Shown here piece after piece: positions 29,283 to 38,116 of a DNA stretch of 40,315 nucleotides. The translations under genes and the position numbers were made by a program. The DNA is from Nitrososphaeraceae archaeon (GTDB taxonomy: Archaea; Thermoproteota; Nitrososphaeria; Nitrososphaerales; Nitrososphaeraceae): contig JBIOXM010000042.1 of NCBI GenBank assembly GCA_044869655.1, positions 1 to 40,315 of the forward strand, written 5' to 3'. The notes beneath the pieces were generated by a model. The model saw only the letters and a program-made list of their open reading frames with translations. It was not told where the DNA came from and ran no database searches. Numbering within the stretch: the stretch's first letter is position 1; each line of letters opens with the position of its first letter.

Positions 29283-30229
29283 TTGATTTAAGGAATGAGA
29301 AAGCTCAAGGAGAACTTAAGTATGATGATATTCAAGCTAAGTCAAAAAATATAAATGTAAAAAGCTCAATTTTAAAGCAACAAAGCCAGAAGGAAACTAA
29401 CACTACAAAAACACAATTTAAAGCGAAAGGAACGATTTATAAGCTTCCTATTGTCTGTGATGTAGAAACGTTACGTGCATTGATTCGCAAAAAAACAGTA
29501 AGGGTTGTGGATGTTCGTAGAATAGAAGATTATAAAAAAGGACATATACCTACTGCAGTATCTTTACCTCTAGCAAATTTACTCACAAATGATTCTCCTG
29601 AACAGATTGTCAAATTGTTAGAAAGTCTTGGTATCTATGATGAAATGCCTGTAGTAGTATATGATGATACTTTTGGTGCTTTAGCAGCACGAGTAGCTTG
29701 GACATTTCAATATGTTGGTCATGAGAATACTTCACTTTTGGAAACGACCTATACAAATTGGAAAAATCTAGGTTTGGAAATTGAAAATCGCATTAATAAA
29801 TTTCCAGAAACAACTCATTCTCTTAAATTAAATCAATCTATTTATGCAGATGCTAGCTATGTTGAATCTATACAAAATAATCCTGAGAAGGTATTAGTTG
29901 ATTCTAGAGAACGACTTAATTTTCTATCTGAACATATTCCTAGCGCTAAAAATATTCCATATACTATGTTGGGTAATGATAACCATATTTTGCGATCTGT
30001 TGATGAATTAAAACGTTTTGTTGAAAATAGAGGAATTTCTCAAGAATCGGAAGCAATTACATATTGTGGTAGTGTAGGAACGTTATCAGGTCTTGCATTT
30101 TATGCATTAAAATTAGCAGGTATCAAAAATGTAAAATTATATTCTAAATCATTTAAAGACTGGAAATCATTAGGAAAACCAAAAATTGAATTTAAAGATG
30201 CTAATTATTGGGATTTATCAGCAGAATAA
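29279..30229 (+). CDS. Two-domain rhodanese / thiosulfate sulfurtransferase
   Basis: VVDVR..Y..GHIP.A, VVVYDD, AARVAW, VDSR and catalytic loop YCGSVGTLS. The TTG at 29279 overlaps the sir stop (TTGA); the ORF track starts at 29270. Confidence 0.92.
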   Translation: MIDLRNEKAQGELKYDDIQAKSKNINVKSSILKQQSQKETNTTKTQFKAKGTIYKLPIVCDVETLRALIRKKTVRVVDVRRIEDYKKGHIPTAVSLPLANLLTNDSPEQIVKLLESLGIYDEMPVVVYDDTFGALAARVAWTFQYVGHENTSLLETTYTNWKNLGLEIENRINKFPETTHSLKLNQSIYADASYVESIQNNPEKVLVDSRERLNFLSEHIPSAKNIPYTMLGNDNHILRSVDELKRFVENRGISQESEAITYCGSVGTLSGLAFYALKLAGIKNVKLYSKSFKDWKSLGKPKIEFKDANYWDLSAE

Positions 30230-30285
30230 TTAATAAATTTATAAATAAATTTATTTCTATTATGATTTAATTTTCTCGTGTTTTA

Positions 30286-30675
30286 TTAGGAAATTGGTAT
30301 TCTATTTCCGAGATTTTTGCTAGGAATTCTCAACATTATAATTCCATCAGAATAATTAGCGGTTCCAGTGATTTCTTCATCATCATCAACTAAAAAAGGC
30401 AAAATAACTTTTTTATCTATTTTTGTAGGACGGTGCTTTAAATAAACTGTACCTCTGTATTCATTATCAGGCTTATTAGCCTTGATAGAGAGCACATTTT
30501 TATTTATTCTAAGAGTTATATCATTTTTATTAAATCCTGGCAAATCTATAATTACAAGCAAATCATTACTATCTTCTACCATATCTACAGGAGGTAAAAT
30601 AAATTCATAAAACTCCTTCGATTTATTATTAATTTCTTTCATAACTTCTTTAGCCATATATGTTGCGATACCCAT
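30286..30675 (-). CDS. Small heat-shock protein (Hsp20/alpha-crystallin family)
   Basis: PPVDMVE, IDLPGF.K.DI, I.LP and A.Y.DGII.LRIP. Confidence 0.92.
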   Translation of the reverse strand: MGIATYMAKEVMKEINNKSKEFYEFILPPVDMVEDSNDLLVIIDLPGFNKNDITLRINKNVLSIKANKPDNEYRGTVYLKHRPTKIDKKVILPFLVDDDEEITGTANYSDGIIMLRIPSKNLGNRIPIS

Positions 30676-30771
30676 AATAATTAATATGATATTTGAATAT
30701 AAATCCTTTATTTATTGTTGATCGATATAATTGTTGTATTGTTTATATTTAATTTGATATAGGTTAATTTT

Positions 30772-32034
30772 GTGATAAAATCTGTACCTGAGATAGATTT
30801 CCACGCTGGTATGGAATGTTATTGTACAAATTTCGCAGGTATTAATGGAACAATCAAGGAAACTAATGAGGCATTTCAGGTATCTGAAATAATAGATTAT
30901 ACATTTTTTAAACCGCCATATTTTTCTTCGATTCAAAATAACGAACATAAATTTCCGTTATATTTATTGGAAAAACATAACATTGATTCTAATCACGCGG
31001 TAATTGAAATTAAAAAACAATCAGGTTTAAAACTAAGAATAATGGGGATAAAGGATGCAAAAGCAGAAACTAGTCAATATGCTAGTTGTGAACAAACAAG
31101 AAATTTACCTAAATATTTAACAACACATAAAACAAAATTAACCTTGTTAGGTTTCCTACGTACTCCATTATCAAAATCTGCACTTATTGGAAATAGCTTT
31201 AAAATAAAAATAAATCTAACTTCTGATAGTAATATACATCCTTTTTTATTAGAATTAAATAAAATTGCTAATTTCTATGGCTTACAAAGATTTGGAAGTG
31301 AAAGAATGGTAACTCATTTAGTTGGTAAAGCACTACTTGAGAGAAATTATAATAAAGCTATTGAATATCTTCTCTCTTATACTTCCAAATATGATTCTAA
31401 ATTCTCAAAGGAAATCAGAGAAAGAAGTAGGGATCCTAAGAATTATCAAAAACTAATTCAAATCTTGCCTAAAGGAATGGATTTAGAAAGACTAATTTTA
31501 TCTACACTTGTAAAAGGTAAAGATTCCATTGCAGTTATACGATCTATACCTATAAATATTAGAAGACTTTTTGTTCAAGCTTACCAATCTTATATTTTTA
31601 ATAAATGCCTCAGTAATGCTCTTTTGTGCAATGAAGATATTCAAAAGTGTAAAGATGGAGATTTATGTTTTGAGATAGAGAAGCCTCTAGTTTTTGGTAA
31701 AATAAGAAAGTTTAGGGAAGGAGTGGATTCAAATAATGATGTTACTCCAGCAATTAGATTAGTAGGTTATAATTATCAACCAGGAAAAAATCGTTTTGAT
31801 CATATTACTAAAAGAATTTTAGCAGAGGAAAATATTTCGCCAACGGCTTTTTATTTAAAAGATTTGCAAGAATTAAGCTTACAGATGGGTTTCAGACAGA
31901 CATCGCTATGTTGTAGTGAATTTAGCCATTTTGATATGCTTGAGCTATTATTTAAATTACCAAAAGGATCTTATGCCACAACTTTGTTACGTGAATTAAT
32001 AAAACCACTAGATCCTATTAAAGCAGGATTTTGA
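30772..32034 (+). CDS. truD: tRNA pseudouridine(13) synthase
   Basis: GIKDAKA (catalytic Asp), GNSF.I, NFYGLQRFG, QAYQSYIFN and F.LPKGSYAT..LRE. Confidence 0.96.
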   Translation: MIKSVPEIDFHAGMECYCTNFAGINGTIKETNEAFQVSEIIDYTFFKPPYFSSIQNNEHKFPLYLLEKHNIDSNHAVIEIKKQSGLKLRIMGIKDAKAETSQYASCEQTRNLPKYLTTHKTKLTLLGFLRTPLSKSALIGNSFKIKINLTSDSNIHPFLLELNKIANFYGLQRFGSERMVTHLVGKALLERNYNKAIEYLLSYTSKYDSKFSKEIRERSRDPKNYQKLIQILPKGMDLERLILSTLVKGKDSIAVIRSIPINIRRLFVQAYQSYIFNKCLSNALLCNEDIQKCKDGDLCFEIEKPLVFGKIRKFREGVDSNNDVTPAIRLVGYNYQPGKNRFDHITKRILAEENISPTAFYLKDLQELSLQMGFRQTSLCCSEFSHFDMLELLFKLPKGSYATTLLRELIKPLDPIKAGF

Positions 32035-32104
32035 TAGCTTGAGATAATTTTTTACTAATTAAAAGGAAGAGTTAATATCCCTTTAAAGTGCAAATTTTGA
32101 TGGA

Positions 32105-32467
32105 TTGGAATCCAATGTTTCCACGGTGGAAGTAATAATCAATGCACTTTCAGAATTTGAAACTAATGTTGAGAATATTAATTCTAGTATTGAAGAATTA
32201 AAGAAACGTATGCTGTCTCATTCTAATATCGAAATAGAACAATTGCGAGAAAAGATAATTAAATTAGCAAATGAAGAAGCAAAAGGAATTTTAGACACTG
32301 CTAAGAACGAATCTGAAAAGGAATCCCTCTTAATCCAAGAACAGGCCGAAAAAAATTATAATCTGATAAAAAATAATATTGAAAAAAATCATGATAAGGC
32401 AATTGATAAGGTAATCAGTATGATTATAGGAAATATAGATAATGAATCTAATTTCGATAGAACGTAG
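32105..32467 (+). CDS. Probable A/V-type ATPase peripheral stalk subunit H (G-like)
   Basis: All-helical, E/K/A-rich 120 aa (ANEEAKGILDTAKNESEKE); directly upstream of subunit C. Confidence 0.65.
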   Translation: MESNVSTVEVIINALSEFETNVENINSSIEELKKRMLSHSNIEIEQLREKIIKLANEEAKGILDTAKNESEKESLLIQEQAEKNYNLIKNNIEKNHDKAIDKVISMIIGNIDNESNFDRT

Positions 32468-32548
32468 ATATTATATAGACATTGTATTTATAATCATCAA
32501 AAATATTTAATTAATAAAGTATTATCATAAAAGGATAGATGAATAAAA

Positions 32549-33595
32549 TTGGGAAAAGCTAACAAACCTCAAAGAATTGTTGGTACAGTTAGAGCTTTTT
32601 CTGAACGTGGTACAATGCTATCTAAACATGATTTAGAATCATTTTCTGATTCTAAAACATTAGATGAATTAGTAACTCGATTAAAAAATACATCCTATGT
32701 TGATTCTTTGAGTAAAATTCAACAACCTATAACTTCTGAAAAAATTGAAATCGCATTAAAAGAAGATCTTTTCATTTTTCATTCTTCTATGGCAAAAATA
32801 GCTAAAGGAGATCTTATAAATGCATATTATAAAAAATATATCCTCTGGAACCTCAAAATAATTTTAAAAAGTAAAGCTTTAGGAAAGACCTATGATGATA
32901 TTTTTCCACATATAAATATGCAAGCAGAAGAACTGATAGGAAGAAGAGATATCGTTGTGAAAGCTCTAGTTGCAAAAGATCTCGATGAGGCTGTCTCTGC
33001 TTTACAAACCTCTGAATTCGGTAATGATATTTCTTCAGCTGCTCAACTCTACAAAGAAAATAATAATATCCAAATTTTCGAGCTCTATCTTGATAAAATT
33101 TACTACAAAGGCCTGATTAGTGCTTTTGCTAATATAGGTAAGCCTGCTGATCTTCAGCCTTTAGTTTTACTTGATTTAGACTATTATAATGTTTTAAGCA
33201 CTCTTAGGGCAAAGTATTGGAAACTTCCAGAAGAACATATTAAATCATTAAGGATAGCAACCACCTCTAGAGTAAATGAAGATATTTTAAATAAAATGAT
33301 ACATGCAGATAGTGTAAAACAGGCAATATCAGAATTTTCTAAAACTGTTTATAAAGATATAGTTCTTGATCAAGGAAATGAAAGTGATACAACTATAATC
33401 TCACAAATTGAATCTAGCTTTGAAGAATTAATACATAAAAAATCAATGTCATTGTATGGAAGAATATTTAGCTATGCGCCTATGACTGCAGCTATTAAAC
33501 TAAAAATAACAGAAATTAAAAATCTAGTAGCTATTGCTTTTGGAATTGAACAAAAAATGGATCCCAAAAATATTATAGATCGACTATTACTTTGA
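32549..33595 (+). CDS. atpC: A/V-type ATP synthase subunit C
   Basis: V.A....LS, L.NT.Y, NLKIILKSK, E.YLDK.YY, D.YN...LRAK and EIKNL.AIA.G. Confidence 0.9.
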   Translation: MGKANKPQRIVGTVRAFSERGTMLSKHDLESFSDSKTLDELVTRLKNTSYVDSLSKIQQPITSEKIEIALKEDLFIFHSSMAKIAKGDLINAYYKKYILWNLKIILKSKALGKTYDDIFPHINMQAEELIGRRDIVVKALVAKDLDEAVSALQTSEFGNDISSAAQLYKENNNIQIFELYLDKIYYKGLISAFANIGKPADLQPLVLLDLDYYNVLSTLRAKYWKLPEEHIKSLRIATTSRVNEDILNKMIHADSVKQAISEFSKTVYKDIVLDQGNESDTTIISQIESSFEELIHKKSMSLYGRIFSYAPMTAAIKLKITEIKNLVAIAFGIEQKMDPKNIIDRLLL

Positions 33596-33647
33596 TAGAT
33601 CTATATTTATATTTGGTAATCATTTATTAATTTATTAAATTTATTTG

Positions 33648-34889
33648 TTATGTAATTATTTGAAAATCAATACCTTTTTTCTTCATCAAGCTAATTAAAA
33701 GTTCACAATGTTTCGCATTTTCCAATTCTAAACTTAGATAAACACCTGCAGTTCCTGCAGATATATTGGCACTAAGCCTATCATGAACTACCTCTACAAT
33801 ATTTATACTTAATTCTGAAATACCATCTACTACTGTCTTTAATGCTCCTGGCTTATCTGGTAATTGAATAAATATTTTTAATAATCTGTTCATCTGTAAA
33901 AGACCTTTTGCTACTACTTGTCCAAGCAGGTACATATCTACATTACCACCTGATAAAATTGATACTATTTTCTTATTTTTATTTTTATGTCCATTAATTA
34001 GTAAATAAGCAAGACTTGCAGCACCTGCAGGTTCTACTACTAGTTTGGATCGTTCCATTAATAAAAACATAGTTTTAACAATTGAATCATCATCAATCAA
34101 TACAATATCATCCAAATATCTTTTTGCTATCTCAAAGGTTAATTTTCCAGGAGATTTCACGGAGATTCCATCTGCAATTGTAAATTCTCCTTTTTTTATT
34201 TGAAGTGACCCTTTTTCAATAGATTCTTTCATTGCTGGAAAAGATTTAGATTCCACTCCAATTATCTTGATATTTTTTTTTTTTGATTTTATAGCAATTG
34301 CAACTCCCGCAGCTAATCCACCGCCACCCACCGGAAGATAAATTTCGTCTAAATCTGGTAAATCTTCTAATAATTCTAATCCTATTGAACCTTGTCCTGC
34401 TATTACCTCTGGGTCATCGAATGCAGGAATAATCGTCTTATTTTCATTTTCAGCTATCTCTTTAGCTGCTATCCACGCCTCGTCGTAATCAGCACCTTTA
34501 AGGATAACTTGTGCATTATATGATCTCGTAGCTGCAATCTTTGCTGGAGATGCACTCAATGGCATTACTATTGTACATGGAATTTTTCTAATAGTTGCTG
34601 CATAAGCTACACCCTGTGCATGATTCCCTGCTGAAGCAGCTATTATTCCATATTTTATTTCTTCTTCAGACAGAGAATTTATTTTGTAAAGAGCTCCTCT
34701 TACCTTAAACGATCCAGTTTTTTGAAAAGCTTCATTTTTTAAGTAAATATTCGTACCAATTAAATTAGAAAAAGTATTTGATTTAAAAAGAGGAGTTTTA
34801 CCTACAAAATTTTTTAACAAATCTCTACCTTTAATTATTTGATCATATGTAGGTAAATTTTTTGTTTCTAAATTTAATTCATTATTCAT
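33648..34889 (-). CDS. ilvA: Threonine ammonia-lyase (medium form with C-terminal ACT domain)
   Basis: K.E.FQKTGSFKVRGA, SAGNHAQG, PVGGGGL, TIADGI, EPAGA and SGGN; ACT motif DKPGAL. Confidence 0.96.
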   Translation of the reverse strand: MNNELNLETKNLPTYDQIIKGRDLLKNFVGKTPLFKSNTFSNLIGTNIYLKNEAFQKTGSFKVRGALYKINSLSEEEIKYGIIAASAGNHAQGVAYAATIRKIPCTIVMPLSASPAKIAATRSYNAQVILKGADYDEAWIAAKEIAENENKTIIPAFDDPEVIAGQGSIGLELLEDLPDLDEIYLPVGGGGLAAGVAIAIKSKKKNIKIIGVESKSFPAMKESIEKGSLQIKKGEFTIADGISVKSPGKLTFEIAKRYLDDIVLIDDDSIVKTMFLLMERSKLVVEPAGAASLAYLLINGHKNKNKKIVSILSGGNVDMYLLGQVVAKGLLQMNRLLKIFIQLPDKPGALKTVVDGISELSINIVEVVHDRLSANISAGTAGVYLSLELENAKHCELLISLMKKKGIDFQIIT

Positions 34890-34974
34890 TATATTATATC
34901 TTAGATTAGATATATCAATTGTAATTATAATTTGCTATTTCTTTATACTATTTATTATGTACTATTAGTGAATC

Positions 34975-35889
34975 TCATCTGGTATTACTTTTTATGTCTT
35001 CCTCAACTTTCTTATTATCATTAGCATTAGTTCTTAATTCCTTCAATGCGTATGCTATTTCATTTAATTTACTAGTTACAATTTCAGTTATCGCTTTGTT
35101 AAATTTTTTAGTATCAAGATATGGTTCTCGTTTTCCGGTTTTTTTATTCTTAATAGTTTCAATTTCAAAATAAGATATAACTCCTTCCTCTCCTTGCATT
35201 AGTTTATTGTAGTCGATTTTAACAGGTATTATGTGATATAGTTTCACAATCATATCATTTAATTCTGAAATCAATTGTTCTCTTTTACTTTCACTATCTT
35301 GAACCAACGGAAATTGTTTTTCTACTTTTAAAACTTTCTGTTCAAGATTGTCAATTAAATTACTATTTTCATATATTTTAGTAAATAATTCTTCAAATGA
35401 CAGGTTATCTAATCCTTGCCTTCGTAATTCCTTCTCTATTATGGCATTTCCTTTGTCTGCAAGTGAAATATAAGAGTCTGATACATCATGATTTAATTTT
35501 ATCAATTCTTTCTGAATGTTTATAACTTCTTTATCTAATTTGTAATAATGCAAAGCATGAAATTGTATTCCAAAATATCCATATACATAAAATTTATCAA
35601 TATTACATGTTATTTGAAAATACAATCTATACAAATCTTCTGTTTTCGAATCCGAAATATCCGTAAAAACCCAATCTTTTAGACTTTGTAAAATTCGCCT
35701 GAACTCATTCGTAATTTCTTTGAGATCAAAAGTTTCTGCATTTGTTATTGTCCCATCTCCTAACATTACATCAACTTTTTTCATTTGTAATTTTGACTCT
35801 AAAAAATCAAAGAATTCTTCATCAATGGTTTTAACAGTTTCATTAATCCTTGTAACGAAATAATCGTTATCTTTTAGAGGAAATCTCAT
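34975..35889 (-). CDS. Hypothetical protein with central coiled coil
   Basis: 304-aa ORF with coding-like composition; no family recognised. Confidence 0.8.
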   Translation of the reverse strand: MRFPLKDNDYFVTRINETVKTIDEEFFDFLESKLQMKKVDVMLGDGTITNAETFDLKEITNEFRRILQSLKDWVFTDISDSKTEDLYRLYFQITCNIDKFYVYGYFGIQFHALHYYKLDKEVINIQKELIKLNHDVSDSYISLADKGNAIIEKELRRQGLDNLSFEELFTKIYENSNLIDNLEQKVLKVEKQFPLVQDSESKREQLISELNDMIVKLYHIIPVKIDYNKLMQGEEGVISYFEIETIKNKKTGKREPYLDTKKFNKAITEIVTSKLNEIAYALKELRTNANDNKKVEEDIKSNTR

Positions 35890-36042
35890 GTCTTCAAATT
35901 ATAATTTTCAATACATATAGATTTGTAATATTATACAATAGTTATTAATTATATTGCTAATTTAATTAAAAATTTATTATTCGATCTGTTATACATAGCT
36001 AAAAAAAACAAAACTAAAATATTAATAAAACTAAATTAAGCT

Positions 36043-36297
36043 ATGCCAACAGCATATATTTTAGTTAATTGTACATTAGGTTCAGAGGAAAAAATTATCA
36101 GTGAATTAACAAATTTGCCAGATGTCAAAGAGGTAAGGGGAACTTATGGAGTTCATGATGTTTTCGTAAAGGTTAGATCTAACGATACTGAATCTATGAA
36201 TAATACTATAACAAACAAAATAAGAAAAGTGCCTGGCATTACATCTACTGTTACTCTTGTAGTAATAGAGGAACAAGGTGGAAAAGAAAGCCTTTAA
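36043..36297 (+). CDS. Stand-alone Lrp/AsnC ligand-binding (RAM) domain protein
   Basis: AYILVN...G.E, V.EV.GTYG.HD..VKV and IR...GI.ST.TL; no HTH. Confidence 0.92.
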   Translation: MPTAYILVNCTLGSEEKIISELTNLPDVKEVRGTYGVHDVFVKVRSNDTESMNNTITNKIRKVPGITSTVTLVVIEEQGGKESL

Positions 36298-36303
36298 TTT
36301 TGT

Positions 36304-36510
36304 TTATAGTGCTTTAGTTCTTTTATCTTCTTCTTTTATCTTCTTTATTTCATAAATTATAAGTATAGTACTTATAGAAATTATTGACCAACCAATTCCC
36401 CCAACTATAATGTGATGGGTATATATCGGAAGTAAAAATGAGAATAATGCTGTGGCTGCGCCCAACCACCAACTAATTATTAAGATTTGAAGATTTATCC
36501 TTACTACCAA
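36304..36510 (-). CDS. Small two-TM hypothetical membrane protein
   Basis: 68 aa, two hydrophobic helices and a charged C-terminus. Confidence 0.65.
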   Translation of the reverse strand: MVVRINLQILIISWWLGAATALFSFLLPIYTHHIIVGGIGWSIISISTILIIYEIKKIKEEDKRTKAL

Positions 36511-36516
36511 TTCAAA

Positions 36517-36681
36517 TCATCCTCTTAGATCCTCATCAAACCCCTTAAAATAGCCAAGTGTTTTACCACATTTTGTACATTTGTTATATTCACTAAAGTC
36601 AAAATCATTATAGACTCTAAAGGAAAAGGAATCGTCATGCGAACAAAATATTCTTCTAAATATTTGTATTATGCTTTCCAA
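36517..36681 (-). CDS. Small Cys/His metal-binding hypothetical protein (about 54 aa)
   Basis: From TTG 36681: MESIIQIFRRIFCSHDD...KCTKCGK; C-x-H plus CxxC. The ORF-track start at 36747 lies inside the tRNA and is rejected. Confidence 0.6.
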   Translation of the reverse strand: MESIIQIFRRIFCSHDDSFSFRVYNDFDFSEYNKCTKCGKTLGYFKGFDEDLRG

Positions 36682-36722
36682 TAATGCGGTATTTCTAAAT
36701 TCAATGATATAATATAAATTAA

Positions 36723-36829
36723 TGCCGTCGGTGAGATTTGAGCTCACGACAGCTCGGTCTTCAGCTTCACCCTTGAATAATTAGATAATCAATCAAGTCG
36801 AGTGCTCTCCCAGGCTGAGCTACGACGGC
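36723..36829 (-). tRNA. tRNA-Phe (anticodon GAA) with a 33-nt non-canonical intron at 30/31 (36766-36798)
   Basis: Acceptor GCCGTCG/CGACGGC+A; D arm GCTC/GAGC; anticodon stem CTCG|G-CT-GAA-GA-CCGAG; T arm GTGAG/CTCAC; clean BHB (CACT/GGTG helix, CGA and AAG bulges). Confidence 0.93.
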
Positions 36830-37005
36830 ATTGAATATTCATTTAAATTCACTCAATATATATTCTATTTTGTATGTATTGTTATTGTTATTGTCATTAA
36901 AAAATTTTCATAAAAAATATATGTAATTTTTTACATATCAATCTAACATAACTATTTTTCTAAAACTAAATAAAGATTAAAAATAATTTTCTAGGAGAAA
37001 TCATA

Positions 37006-37176
37006 ATGAATAATTCCCCTAATCATGAACCCAATCAGGTCATCGAAACTGCTGAAGAGAGGAAACAACGATTTCTCTTGGAATTTGATCAACCTTTTAA
37101 ATGTGACAAATGCAATGAAAGGTTCAAGAAGAAAAAATATCTAAGAGAGCATAAAGCTGAAGTACATTCTTACTAA
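37006..37176 (+). CDS. 56-aa C2H2 zinc-finger micro-protein
   Basis: Below the ORF-track cutoff. MNNSPNHEPNQVIETAEERKQRFLLEFDQPFKCDKCNERFKKKKYLREHKAEVHSY matches F-x-C-x2-C-x3-F-x5-L-x2-H-x4-H; aggaga lies 8-13 nt upstream. Confidence 0.85.
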   Translation: MNNSPNHEPNQVIETAEERKQRFLLEFDQPFKCDKCNERFKKKKYLREHKAEVHSY

Positions 37177-37233
37177 TTGATTAATTAGTTGAAGTATAGA
37201 ATATTATTTCTCTAAATCTAGATTTAGTTATAG

Positions 37234-37809
37234 ATGAAAATATATACTAAAACCGGAGATAAGGGATTAACAGGACTTATTGATGGAAAAAGAATTCCAA
37301 AGAGTGATATTAGAATAATTGCCTATGGTTCAATAGATGAACTGAATTCATATATTGGTTTATCAATATCTCTTTTATCACAGCATAGAAATAATAATAA
37401 TAATAATAATCACTCTTTTTCTGATATTATAAGTACGCTTAATCGAATTCAAAATGAGTTATTCATTATAGGCTCTGATTTAGCTGATCCAGACCTTTCA
37501 AAGCCTACTTCTTTAAGAGTTCAACCTACTATGATTACAGTATTGGAAAATGATATAGATAATTATGAAAAAGAATTATCTCCTATTACCTATTTTATTC
37601 TACCAGGTGGTTCAGTTGAATCTTCTACTCTTCATATTGCTAGAAGCATCACACGAAGAGCAGAAACCAACGTTTCAAAATTATTGTTGAAAGATATAAT
37701 TAACAATCTGGTTCTTATATATTTGAATAGACTATCAGATCTGCTTTTTGTACTAAGTAGAACAGTAAATAAAAGACTCCAAATACTGGATATAGCATGG
37801 AAATCTTAA
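37234..37809 (+). CDS. pduO: ATP:cob(I)alamin adenosyltransferase (PduO type)
   Basis: MKIYTKTGDKG.T, AYG.IDELNS, IQNELF..G.DLA, FILPGG, RRAE and YLNRLSDLLF. Confidence 0.96.
   Translation: MKIYTKTGDKGLTGLIDGKRIPKSDIRIIAYGSIDELNSYIGLSISLLSQHRNNNNNNNHSFSDIISTLNRIQNELFIIGSDLADPDLSKPTSLRVQPTMITVLENDIDNYEKELSPITYFILPGGSVESSTLHIARSITRRAETNVSKLLLKDIINNLVLIYLNRLSDLLFVLSRTVNKRLQILDIAWKS
37390..37410 (+). repeat. (AAT)7 microsatellite encoding poly-Asn in pduO
   Basis: Seven tandem AAT codons. Confidence 0.95.
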
Positions 37810-37848
37810 CTACCTTATTATATAGAAAAGGGAAAGTAGTGTCTTTAA

Positions 37849-38049
37849 ATGGGACAAATACAAAATGTCGTAATAATAATAATTATAACTGTAATTTTAG
37901 CTATTGTTACATCAGGCTTAGCATATCTGTTTGATTTGTATCTCAATCCATTTTTTATCATAGCAATGACATATTTCCATTTACTAAATTTAGAAATCTT
38001 TCATATAATCTTGTCTGTCTTACCTCTATTTTTTATTATTATACTATAA
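37849..38049 (+). CDS. Small hydrophobic hypothetical protein
   Basis: 66 aa, very hydrophobic; may be spurious given the AT-rich low complexity. Confidence 0.45.
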   Translation: MGQIQNVVIIIIITVILAIVTSGLAYLFDLYLNPFFIIAMTYFHLLNLEIFHIILSVLPLFFIIIL

Positions 38050-38070
38050 TAATAATAATAATAATAATAA
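38047..38070 (+). repeat. (TAA)8 microsatellite
   Basis: Eight tandem TAA beginning at the stop codon of the 37849 ORF. Confidence 0.95.
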
Positions 38071-38116
38071 GATATGAATAATTTTAATTGAATTAATTTA
38101 TAATTATGAATGTAAA

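Noticed and set aside
36682-36747. ORF-track N-terminal extension of the 36517 ORF
   Set aside because: It begins inside the tRNA-Phe T arm; the downstream TTG is more plausible.
36304-36829. Integrated element at tRNA-Phe (also considered for tRNA-Ser)
   Set aside because: No integrase and no duplicated tRNA 3' end seen; flanking genes are housekeeping.
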